The notes under the pieces are model-generated. The model was not told where the DNA came from and did no database searches. It saw only the letters and a program-made list of their open reading frames with translations. A DNA stretch of 64,000 bases from Polymyxa betae A26-41 (lineage: Eukaryota > Protista > Endomyxa: Phytomyxea): contig RBZT01000594.1 in NCBI GenBank assembly GCA_003693705.1, positions 16,968-80,967 on the forward strand, in the 5' to 3' direction. Numbering within the stretch: position 1 is the stretch's first letter; each line of letters begins with the position of its first letter. This document shows positions 42,064 through 53,604 of the stretch, piece after piece. Position numbers and translations under genes: made by a program.

Positions 42064-43431
42064 ATGCTTCCCTATTGCTCTATGTATAAAAATGAATCTC
42101 GCTTTGTCCAACGATTATTGTTGCCACCACCAAATCCTCACAATCTGCTGTTGATATATGCTATTATCTTGTTTCTGGTATCTTCAGGAGCCTATTACGA
42201 CGCATTCTGTCTTGGTAATGCATCTGTACTTAAACTTTTCATTTCTCTACCGTCGGTCCATATTCAGTTCTGAGCTTTATTTCGTCACCACCAGGTTTCG
42301 TGACGACGATGTTTGCTGTTGGGAAAGTGCCCAAGCCATTCTAGATAGTTATATTTTGCAATCAGAAAGGTCCCGAGTTCATGACCAAGTATGGAGCGCT
42401 TTGATGGTTTCTTAGTTGGCGCTCTCTTTCTTTATAGACTAACTGAGAAGGTCAATCTCTCAGTGGTTTCTTCAGTGGTTTTTTATGGATGGTTCCTCTG
42501 ACAGCTAATGCCAACATAAGATCAATGAAAGCCAACAATCCCGTGACGATGGTGCATTCCGATGAGTGAAATATCTCAAGACGACTGTTGCCAGCATATA
42601 AAGGATCAACTGAATACCTCTGTAAGCTCACAGCAATTAGACGATGTCAAAGCACGGGTCGATGAATGCCTAATAGCAGACTCTCTGACCGACATCTTCA
42701 CTCTAATGAAAGAGCCGAATTTATTCGTATTCGTATACTGTAGCTTCTATCACGTTATTCAATGCTCGTGCATTGAAAGACTGCAAAGTCGAAAGTGTCA
42801 ATCTAAGGCAGAGCATCATTCAGGAAGCATCTCGAGATTTTGTAGCTTTCTAAAGGAAATCGTGTTCTTGAGATTTTCTCGCCAACGATCGAATCCGTAC
42901 ATATGCATGGGCGAATCGTTTAGAAACCCAACGACAGCCTCCACACGCAGACGATCGTACTCCCTAGCCGGCGATGCAATTGCCATTGCCCTGTCTGACG
43001 ACCTACGAAATACTTTCTCTAGACGCCTGAAAGATTACATCCGTGAATCCGAGCCAATATCACCTCGGCTCGTATTTGCAGGTCCCGAGTTCTTCGACCA
43101 TGAATTAGAATTCGTTTTTAATCCATTCACAGTTTCCGAAAAAGTTGTCACATTCTTCTATTCGATCTGCAGGGGATCGAAAACTGAACGAATCGGTCCA
43201 AGACAGTTCCTGGGAGCGCTTCGTCGCCATCGAATCGTCGGCGAACGCCCCTGCCCGGTTTCTGTCAACGAGGCCGACCTGGCCTTCATCCGAGCTCGGA
43301 ACCCTCTGCGAACGACATTGAACGTGGACGCCTTCGAGCGCGCCCTGGCTGACATCGCCAAGCATGCCTTCTTTGACGACCCGTATCCGCTGGCGAAATT
43401 GTTCACACTTATTGATTTTGAACGAGTTTAA
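42064..43431 (+). CDS. Hypothetical protein, possibly with a p25-alpha/TPPP-like helical C-terminus; 5' exons uncertain
   Basis: 289-aa ORF 42562-43431 ending EADLAFIRAR...LNVDAFERALADIA; upstream exons not resolved. Confidence 0.4.
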
Positions 43432-43741
43432 TGAAGGTGCAGATTGTATGTAATAAGGAAAAGTGCGAGCCCACTTTTTTTGAACACTGCGCACTTATTG
43501 TAAAGATAGAACGCAACTTTTATTCGATTGCTCTTGTCGTTCTGGTTTCGCCGACGCCATTTTCTCGAGCGTCGGCTTAGCTAGGTTGGTCAATACGTCG
43601 GCCGTCAATTTCAACACACACCTGGTCGTTCACTTGTCAAGTGTATGAATTGACGTCCCGGTGGAGGGCAGCCGACAACTTCTGATCTTCTCAAATTTGC
43701 TTAACTGTCGCCTTAATAGATTGTTTATTTTCGATATCTAT

Positions 43742-45223
43742 CTAGATAGCAGGGTCAGCGATTTGACGAGCGAACTTGAAATCGTGCCAGTCGAAGTCGC
43801 TGGGGACGTAATGCAGCAGAAGGCTGGAGAACTCGCGTCCCGAGGTCGGCATCGGATCCCTCCAATGAATATGTCGACGGCCACGAAACAGCACAGCATC
43901 GCCATCTCTCAGGACGATCTTCACCGATTCGGCTCTGGGCGGCAGCGCCTGCCATCCCGCCTTCTCTTGCTCTTGTCTGATCGTATGAACCCAGATAGGC
44001 CAGGCGCCACCTCCTCCATTATCATCATAATGCATCTGTATAGAGACCGTCCACTCATTATCTTCACGATCTGTATGAGGCTTCAATACAGGGCGGCCTC
44101 CTCCTTCTACAACTCGATGCCAACATAGAAATGAATAGACATGTTTGATAGATTGATCAGCGATCTGGTTCAAGACGCCTGTTAATCGCTGTCCTAACCA
44201 ATGACTAACTCGATCATTATAGGTGATGGTTCTGCTCAGTTCCGGATCGTAATTCGTCACGATGCCGTCGCGGATCAGGTCGGCGTAGAATTCCTGAATC
44301 TGTCGTACTTCCCAGGGCGTCACAAACCCGCGAAGCACCACGAAATCCAGGTCGATCAGCGTCCGCCGCGCCGTCTCCAGGTTGGCGAACCCTCCGGCCA
44401 CATCGACATCGGCGCCGAACCAGGACGACGACGGCCGCAGGAATTCGCGCCCATCGCTGCCATTACGACGTTGGCGGAACGCCTCGAACAGGTCGCGGAA
44501 GGCGATCAGCTTCCGCAGCCGGGCGGCGTACTGGTCCGGCTCCAGGTCCGGGTCGGTGTGGTCGTAGACGCGATCGTAAAAGTTCTCGTGGACATCGCCA
44601 TCGGCCAGCTCGCGGGCCGCATAGAAACTCGCCTATCAAAGCGAACAATCAGCAACGACGACGTCGGGTGAAAGGGCGGCGGCGTACTTTGGCACGATCG
44701 AGGGCGCCGCCGAACTCGTCAATGTAGCCCAGGTAGAGATCGGCTCGAGCCGAGCACGAGCTGACACCGCGCACTCCATGCAGCAGGTCGGCGGCGTCGT
44801 CGTCGCGTCCCATCACGAACTGGAGCACGGCCTGGGCCAGTACGGGTTCGCAGGCGTCCGGCGCCAGTCGCGCCTGCCAACACGCACAGCAATCTCAGAT
44901 TTCCGGGGCCAGTACGACACACACGACGACCGTACCGCTTCCTGGAAGTAGCCGACGGCAGTCTGGGCCTGGGTCGGTAATGCTGGCCCCGAGGTCGAAT
45001 TGATGGAATCGAGGGCGTAGAGCCGCCCCAGCTGCATGGCGGCGTCGTAATCGGTGGCGCTGATCGCCTGCAGATGATGAACGTAGTCGAGGTTGGGTCG
45101 GGCGCCATCGCTTCTCCATCCGTAGTAGAAGGAGGCGGCGATGGCGATCACGGCGACCACGGCCGGCGTCGTCTGGCACCAGCGACGGCTGGATGACGCC
45201 GGGGTCTTGACTGCAACCGACAT
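43742..45223 (-). CDS. Membrane-anchored 2OG-Fe(II) oxygenase-like protein with N-terminal TPR/SEL1-like helices (2 introns)
   Basis: Signal anchor VVAVIAIAASFYYGW; HxD in LKPHTDREDNEWTVSI; distal H in GDAVLFRGRRHIHWR; SLLLHY. Confidence 0.7.
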
Positions 45224-45499
45224 TGAGCTGGCTGCTGGAGACCGTCCTCCTGTGAAGGAAATGCTGCACTCTGGTACTGCCTATCGCGGTCGTACTGCTC
45301 CCTGTCGCATCATTCCGAATGCAATCCGCCCGGTATCCACCATGTCCGAGATGCTGCTATGATCATGCAGCTGTTCTATTACACTAAAATCGTATCTTAA
45401 CAATGTGTTATGTTTTAATATTCGTGATGTTTGTGTATTGAGATTTCAACTTGTTGCGCCACGCAATCCATCGTCGTTGTTATCGTTGTTGTCGTCGCC

Positions 45500-45985
45500 A
45501 TGACCAGGTCGGTCGCGAGCTCAGCCACTGTTGGCGTCGTCGTCTGATTTGGGTTTCGTAGTCGCCCGGAGGTCGCCAACGCCGTCGAAGAGAAGGAGGA
45601 GGACTTCTCGGTCGGGCCGCTCTCTGTCCTGAATCAGTCCATGATCAATAACACCCAGGTCGGCGATCTGCTCATTAACGATGGATTCCGTTCTAATGCC
45701 AATTTCAGGTTTTAATCAACCTGCGTAATAATCACAAGCTGCTTGGTCGTGTCAAGGCATTCGATCGTCATTGTAACATGGTCTTAGAACAGGTCGTTCT
45801 CGTCGCCTTCCATCCGAACTGGATCTGACCTCGATTCTGTGTGTTTTTAGGTGCAAGAAATGTGGACGGAACAGGGTAAGCCTGGGAAAGGAAAGAAATC
45901 ACGTCCGGTTGCCAAAGATCGCTTCATCAGTAAGATGTTCCTACGAGGCGATTCCGTTGTCATTGTTCTTCGTAACCCTGTTTAA
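45500..45985 (+). CDS. SNRPD2: Small nuclear ribonucleoprotein Sm D2 (3 introns); absent from the ORF track
   Basis: Spliced: GPLSVL...NNTQ|[28 protein letters not shown]|VQEMWTE...[21 protein letters not shown]. Confidence 0.95.
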
Positions 45986-46264
45986 ATTTCTATCTAAAGA
46001 TTGACAATAAATTCCATATTGAATCGAAGCCTGAATTCGGCGGTTCGAACGAGTTGAAATGCACCTTCTATTCCGAATGATATTCTTGATCTGTAGAAGA
46101 TGCTCTACAGCATTGTCAAATTCACATCGTATTCGGCAGTTATACAAATATCAGCGGTCTGTTTTGAAATCTTTCTCTCGCTTGACATAATCGCAATGAT
46201 ACAGATATGCAGATGATGGGCCATTCACAGACCCCTTGAGCAGGCGTCCATTCTAACTTGACAT

Positions 46265-47341
46265 TCATTGAGCGTAAGATTGGCTTTCTGCATGATTTCT
46301 CGAACTCGACCTTGGCAAGCGACAGCAACCAGCGACATCGGTGATTGAGATCAAGAGTCTTAAAGCCCCATCAATCACAGAGGGCCTCCGTCTACCCGCT
46401 CGATCCAATGCCTCCAGATTCTCGAGGTCAGCATCAAGCTGATTGAAACAAATCTCAAGAGTAGCCATGAAAGCCTCACCATATATTTGATTGGATGCAG
46501 CTCTGGCAACATCCAATCCGCAAGAACGATCTCCAACAAAACAATTTCTGTTTTTTTCTTCATTCGTTGACCAGATATCCTGAGTCCCCTGCGGATGAAG
46601 GATAAACAGGAAACAGGCTTGATGTATACTGCATGGGTACTTCTAATGGCGGTCTCGATGATTATACTCGATCGCCGCGAACACGGAGGCTGCCGTTCTC
46701 GACCGAACGTTTGGTGGTGGACTCTGGACTCTGTAAACTAGAGCTGACAGCAACAAAGAGATGATCAATCTGGTGGTTAAAACTGCCGAAAAGTACAGCA
46801 ATGAGGGCCATCTCAGAGGTGTGCGGCGCTGGCTTGACGTAATTGTGCCAGAATCTGGTCTTGTTTAGCTTCAGCAGGCGCCCGAAAGATCATTTCCGCA
46901 TCCAGGTTGTGTCGTGCTCGACATCGCATTGAATAAGGCCTTGACTTTGAGAAAAGAGTTTCGAGCCTTGGCTAAATGTGTCTTTAGCTTGTCCGAAGCC
47001 TCAATCATGTGTGAAATCTGATCGATAGATAACTCAATATTTTCCTAGACGATCAAAGGAGATCGGCATTCGAATGCCGATCTAGTGTTCGTATTCAGCA
47101 AAATAGCCTTTTGCTGATTGGATTGGGCCATCTTAATAGCCCGAATCTCCTCCATCAACAGATCGAGCTTTCGCTCTGACCGAGTCATTGGCGCGATCAT
47201 ACCTTGAATCGAAGGATGACCTGCGCTTGCGAAGCTGAGCGACCTCTGAGAAGTTTGCATGAAGTTGTCGTTAAGATGATACGAGAATGAGCTTTGAGAC
47301 TCGACCCCAAATGGGGGTGATGGGGTCTCATTTCCCGACAT
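46265..47341 (-). CDS. Hypothetical spliced gene or pseudogene
   Basis: Several protein-like minus-strand ORF segments (MSGNETPSPP...; FMATLEICFNQLDADLENL) without a recognisable family; exon chain unresolved. Confidence 0.3.
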
Positions 47342-48314
47342 GTTTGCAGCTTATACGGGAGACAAGGCGCTGGCGCGGAGGTGACGACCAAGTCTTATGC
47401 ACGGTCAGCTGTCCGTATTGCTTAGCAGAAAGATGCCTGATCTACAAGGAGAGCCCGACGTAGTGCCAAGATTGAGTGCCTATTTGCGACAACGAGCTTG
47501 TACGAACCACGATCTTGGTGGAATGCGCTCTCCCCAAACGCCTTGAATCCCTTCCCGATATACCACATCTGTTACGAACCAGGAATTATACTAACGTAGA
47601 AGGATACAAGAATTCGAAATGGCACGAAGAGGAGCACGAATACTAAGACTACTGAAGAGCAAACGAGATTTAGGTTGAGACTATGCTGCTGCAACCGTAA
47701 CGGTTTATCATATGAGAGGTAAAAGCAGTCTGTCAACGGAGTGAGAACGGACAAAGCTGCTTTATTTGGTGGCGCTGTCGAGATGCTGCCCACCTCGATC
47801 ATGACAGCCACGATGGATTGTCCATTAAAAGGGCGATTTTTTAGCATTAGCGTTCATCCCAATCCTAAAAACAACCATAATCCCTAATTGAAGCGCTTAG
47901 GAGGCTCGATCGTTTCGCACGGCTGCGGCGTCCCGGAAACCCTTCCTCGGGTTCAGGACGTCTAACGACCGTCCGATTCGCCAGCGGCTTCTCGATGCTG
48001 GTCGTGCTCCGCGATGAGTCCATTAATCGCCGATTGTTTCATTCATGGACCAGGCTGAAATCTGAAACAGTCGGACGACAATAGACGGCACCGTCATGTC
48101 AGCTAATCTCGAAGCCACCCCGACCCTGAGTTGGGGACATGACAGACGATACTGTTCCAGTCGACCCGAATTTGCAACTAACTTGAAGCCCATTCAATGT
48201 TATAGAACAAAAGTGCGCAAGTCTCGCAGTTTGCAAACTTGTACAATTCCTTTTATTTCAATGAACTTGATACAATCAAATTAGACATTGTATAATGAGG
48301 GACCCAGACCACAT

Positions 48315-50603
48315 TCATGACTCACATTTGAACCATGGATGTTTCAGGGCCTGTTTCAACGTGATGCGATGCTCAGCGTCATGATGCATTAAGCCACGCA
48401 GCAGAGATTTCGCCTCGGCAGAGATTCTCGTCCAAGGCTTCTCGTCATCGTGAATTTCCAATCTGCGTTTCCCAATCTAGCCACCAATCAATTGAGAACG
48501 CCCGGTGTCGAAGTAACAAACCTCTTGTAACGCCCATTCAAGCTTTCTCTGAAAACAATATCAGAACAAATTTGCACTGACAATGACGCAGTAATGACCT
48601 GCTGCAAGAGCTTTTTCAAATCGTAGTTTTTGAAAGGGCGCCGACCGGTAAGAATGTAGAACATGACGATGCCGATGTTCCAGATATCTACCCGATAGTC
48701 GTACTGAGTGGCAATTTCCGGTGCCATATACGCGAACGTCCCGCAAGGCTGTCTGGATAAATCGCCGGGAGTCGAGAAGTCGCACAATCCGAAATCGATC
48801 ACTTTGAAGTCGGTTTCGGAATTCGGCGATGACATCATGATGTTCTCGGGCTTTATATCTCTGGCAATAATGAAATCATCAGCCGAAGACGCATGAAAAC
48901 CAAGGCTTTTAACTAAACCTGTGAGCGATACCAAGATGGTGCAGATACTTAACAGCGTTGATTAACTTTTTCATGAATAACTTGGCCGTACTTTCCGGGA
49001 AAGGCCCTTTCTCATGGATACGAGCGCAAAGATCGCCGCCTATCTCGTTAGTTAGCAGACATTCGACGAGAAAAGCAACTCTGCCAACCAGCTTCATACG
49101 ACATCACGAAGTAGATTTGGCTGTCCGTCTTGAAGACGTCTTTAAAAAAGGCGATGTTCGGATGATGGATTAGCGGCAGAAAGGCGGCTTCAGCTTTCAC
49201 CACGTCTTTACATTCTGATACAGAGTTTTAGAGCTCAGACAACAATCAAGACGAGCGACAACCATGCAGACTCATGATCTTCACTGCAAACACTGATCCG
49301 GTCGCCTTCTGCCAACATTTGAAAACCTTCGCGAAATGTCCAGCGCCGATTTGATCGCCCAGCACGTAAAAGTCCTAGCAAGAGTAAACCACGAGACGTT
49401 CTAGTAAACCACGAGACGTCCTTCAAAGCAATACCGTCACAAGAATGCTCATAAAACGGATGAAAAAAAGCCATAAACTACCTCGAACAGCAGCTGTCTT
49501 GCCGCCTTTCGAAACGCATGCAACCAGAGGTTTCGAGTCGCTTCAGTCTGGAGATAAAACACTTGACAGGGAATCGACGTAGGAGCGCGAGCTTCGATGC
49601 CGAAGTGACGATCGGGGCCGTGATCTACCGGAACGAATAGGAATCCTTCGATGAAGTTCAAGCTGACCGTCCGTCTCAGCCGCGTATTCTTGAACCCATA
49701 CAGGAAATTATCCTGTATGATGAAATACCGTCGATGATACTTCTACAGAAAGCAATCAGTATCATCGCAAAAATGCAAGAAGATAGGCTTATGCAAACAG
49801 AAGAACGAAGGAACCACAAACAAGCACACAGTGTTGCACCGATTTGGCGAGCCTCTTATCAATTTGTTAAAATAAGTTTAAACACCAAATCAGCAAAGAA
49901 CACGCTTGTTGCCTATAAAAGCTTTACCTGATCATGTACGGTATAGACGTCCAGCCAGCCTTGCATTTGGGAGACATCCCTAGCTGGTGCAGACAGCACA
50001 GAATCAATCATGGCACCACACGACATGCAATGGCGATTTCGCTGCTGAAGCTGGCCTCGACCGATGCAGTCGCTGCAGATGACGACGTTTGTGTTAAGAA
50101 GCGGCTCTGCACACATGCAGCATTTCCTGAATCTGGCAATATGATTGCAGGATGGGCATTTAACCTTATTTCGGCAGCCTCTGAATGAAAAATTTATAGA
50201 CGAGAATCGTTAAAAGCTTCTATCTCTTACCTCCAGAAAGACCTCCATGATGTATCTTGCTGATCATCGGCAGCATCGCTTTCAACTTCCGGTTCACTTC
50301 CTATGACGCCATTAGCTAGATTCGACAGCAGTATCGATGCATACTTTTGAAAGCCGAAGCTGCTAGTTGCAAGGAACCACACATCAACCAGCAGGGCTGG
50401 AAACGCACCAGCCCGATTCGATAATGAGCTGGTACGGCACAAGCAACTTTAGCATCGCAGTTTGAGTGGGGCGATTCATCGATTTTGTTAGAGAGGCAGA
50501 CGAAGACATCCCCGTTTGATGGCAAAGACAAAGAATCGTTTAAGGCAGCACGGATGCTTCGATCATCATGGGCTGCGCACGACATGCAAGGAGGCCGCCC
50601 CAT
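48315..50603 (-). CDS. CAMK-group protein kinase with N-terminal Cys-rich (RING-like) and PH domains; start approximate
   Basis: CCMC...CSDC...CMSC; PH MQGWL|KYHRRYFIIQDNFLYGF...RNLWLHAF; kinase GIAHRDIKPEN, DFG, GTFAYMAPE, DIWNIG, HPWF. Confidence 0.8.
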
Positions 50604-50885
50604 AAGAAGATTCTGACAAGAGGGCTGCGGCCCATCCCGACAGGCCAGGAGGCCGCTCCATGTGGCACTTCTGCCCTTGCACGAATCCTGCCAAGAGGGG
50701 CTGCTCCCAACTTGAAAGTGGCCACGCCATGATTCTACCAGGCATCCACTTAGGCAGAGGGCTGCGCATCACTTCAATCTCGCTCAAAAAAAATCCAAAA
50801 CTTTTCGTTGATGATTGAGTCAATGCCGCTGTGACTCACGTCCTCGTCGCTGCAAGCAGCAGCGCGGGCCCAACACCACCCCACC

Positions 50886-53536
50886 ATGCTTGTCGTGGCC
50901 TGCGTGGCGCTCCTGGCCGCTCTGGTCCAGGCGCCGACCTCGGTTCGGCACCTGCCGTCTGACCGCCCGATCCGCTTCGAATCGGGGACGCTGGATCCGA
51001 CCTTGGCGGACACTGGCGCGGAGATCGCCGCCGGCAACCACACCTTCATTGTCCAGCTGCAAACCGCGACCGAATCCGAGCGCCGTCGTCTGTCGTCGCA
51101 GTACGGAGCTGCTTCTGGCGGTTATGTTCCGGACGCGGCATACCTGTTTTATGGGACCGCGGCCCAGTTGCGTGCCATACGAGGTGATCACTCCGTGCTC
51201 TGGGCCGGTATGCTGCCACCACACCTGAAACTATCCCTGACGCTGTCGCGGTATGCGCCACCGACGTCACGGACGCGATTTTTCTCGGTCCCGGACTTGG
51301 GGGCCCCGATACCCCAACTAGTCGTATCATTAACCGCCCCAGATGCGGACGCCGTCAGGCGCCTGCGCAAAGTTCCCGGCGTCACGAACGTGCACGCTAT
51401 TACCTCGATCCGTCTCCTACTCGACATCCATGATGCCCCGGAGTCCGTGGCGGACACCGTCTCTGCCGATCCAGCAGTGCACTGGATCGAACGGCGCCTT
51501 CGCCATCAATTCCTCAATCGATGGGCACGTTCTCTCATGCAGCAGGCCGGGGCCAACACGACCGCCGATTATGCCGCCCGGTCTGGGCTGCTGTCCTGGG
51601 ATCATGGCCTGGACGGTCACGGACAGGTACTGGCCCTCGGGGACAGCGGCCTCGACAAGCGCAGCTGTTTCTTCGCGTCGAGAAGCGAGACGGGGCCGGT
51701 GCTGTCGCCGCCGCGATCGCGTCTGTACCCGGTTGATGATGATGTTGATATGAGCGATAAGATCACTGCTTATGTTGCATATGCTGACAGTGATGACGTT
51801 ACCGGACATGGGACGCATCTAGCTGGGATTATGGCCGGAGATCCGCACCTACCTGACGGTGTCCGTGGCACTCTCCCGACATTCGCGGGCATGGCGCCAC
51901 GCGCGCGTCTCGCTATCGTCGATATCGGCGACTCCCGCGGTGTCGTACAGGTCCCGGATGATCTCGTGGGCCAGTATTTCGCTCCGATGTATGATACGGG
52001 AGCGCGGATTATGACAAGTGCCTGGGGGGCTGCTGTCCCATTATATACGCATGAAGCTGCTGATATGGATGCGTTTATGTATCAGCAGGGGGATTTTCTG
52101 GTGAGAGTCGCTGTGAAAACCCTAAACCCTGGAACCCCTAAACTCCCAGTAGGCTGTGACCGCGGCCGGCAATGACGGTGCCTGTAACGACGAGCAGACC
52201 GTGGTAACACCCGCGACCTCGAAGAACTCCGTGGCTGTGGGCGCCTCGCTGTCCCTCTCCATGCAGTATCGTAAAACCGACTTGATCCCGCCCGGATTCA
52301 AGTCCGCCACGGACCCGCACCTCTCCGCTGATCACGTCGCCGCCTTCTCCAGTAAAGGTCCCACCCGCGACGGACGCATCAAACCGGACGTACTCGCCCC
52401 CGGGTACTTCGTGTACAGTGCGGCGAGCGGCCTCGGTCCGAACCAATGCGACGGCGATCTGGGCTCCGTGGTCACACCCAATGCGGGGACCAGTACGGCG
52501 GCGGCCGTGGTGGCCGGTACGACGGCCCTGGTCCGTCAGTATCTAGTGGATGGATTCTATCCTGGCGGACGCCGTGATCCGCGTCACGGATTTGTGCCGT
52601 CTGCTGCATTGTTGAAGGCCCTGTTAGTACATAGTGCGAGATTGTTGAACGGGACCAGACAGGTGGGGGACGCCGGCATTGCGGACCCGCCACGGTGTCC
52701 GAAGCCGGCGTTCGTCCCGCTCCGCGATGATGATGACGATGATGATGATGGACCGAATATTGATCAGGGATGGGGAAGGCCCGCACTCGATCAGGTCCTG
52801 GCCTTCACTGATGACACGTTACATCTGGTCGGACGTAACAACAAGAGCGTGACGACATTCGGTGATCCGGAGATCGGGCCAGGACAGCAGCACAGGTAAA
52901 AGCGAACATTTATCGGATTTGTTTTTTATTTTTATGAAAATTTCAATTTTTTTTCTAAAATGTTTTCAAGTTGAAAGAGTGTTCAGGTATCGGTACTGTG
53001 TATTGGAATCTCAGACATTAGTCCGTGCAACATTAGTCTGGATAGATCCAGCAGCTACTCTTGGTGCAGGACTTCAGCTCGTTAACGATCTCGATCTGAT
53101 CCTGGAGCTCAACACCGCCCAGATCCGGTACGGGAACGGGGCAGCCGAAGGCGATCGACGCAATCCCGTCGAACGCGCCCAACTCCTCACTCCGAGGCCG
53201 CTCTCCGACCTCACCGTCGTCGTACAGGCCCGCCGAGTGGCGATCGGCCTATCACAGCCGTACGCACTGGTCCTAACCGGGCACGGACTCCGTCCAGGAC
53301 CGTGTCGCTCGCACCACGAGATGATCCGCGTCCCCGGGGGCCAGCACGACGTCGCCGCGGAAGGACGCGTCCTGGAGGGGGCCGTGCGCCTGTTGAACAC
53401 GGCCCGCGGACTGCGCCAAAAGCTGGTCGTGACCGAGACTGGGGCGGCGTCGTCCGGCCCCAGCCGGCTGCCGTACTGGTCCGTGCTGCCGAGCCTGTCA
53501 ATATTGCTGGCCCTGGCCGTACTGGTCCTGCTGTAA
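50886..53536 (+). CDS. Secreted S8 subtilisin-like protease (Kp43/Tag-like) with probable GPI-anchor signal; 2 introns
   Basis: Signal peptide; triad GDSG, HGTH, GTSTA; oxyanion AAGN; GRIKPDVLAPG; VNDLDL C-terminal domain; tail GAASS...LSILLALAVLVLL*. Introns 52101-52152 and 52896-52986. Confidence 0.9.
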
Positions 53537-53604
53537 ATAAACCTATATTAGATAGAGAGGCATTAGTAGCGATCGATCGATCGAGCAGCTCCTTCAGGTC
53601 GTTG

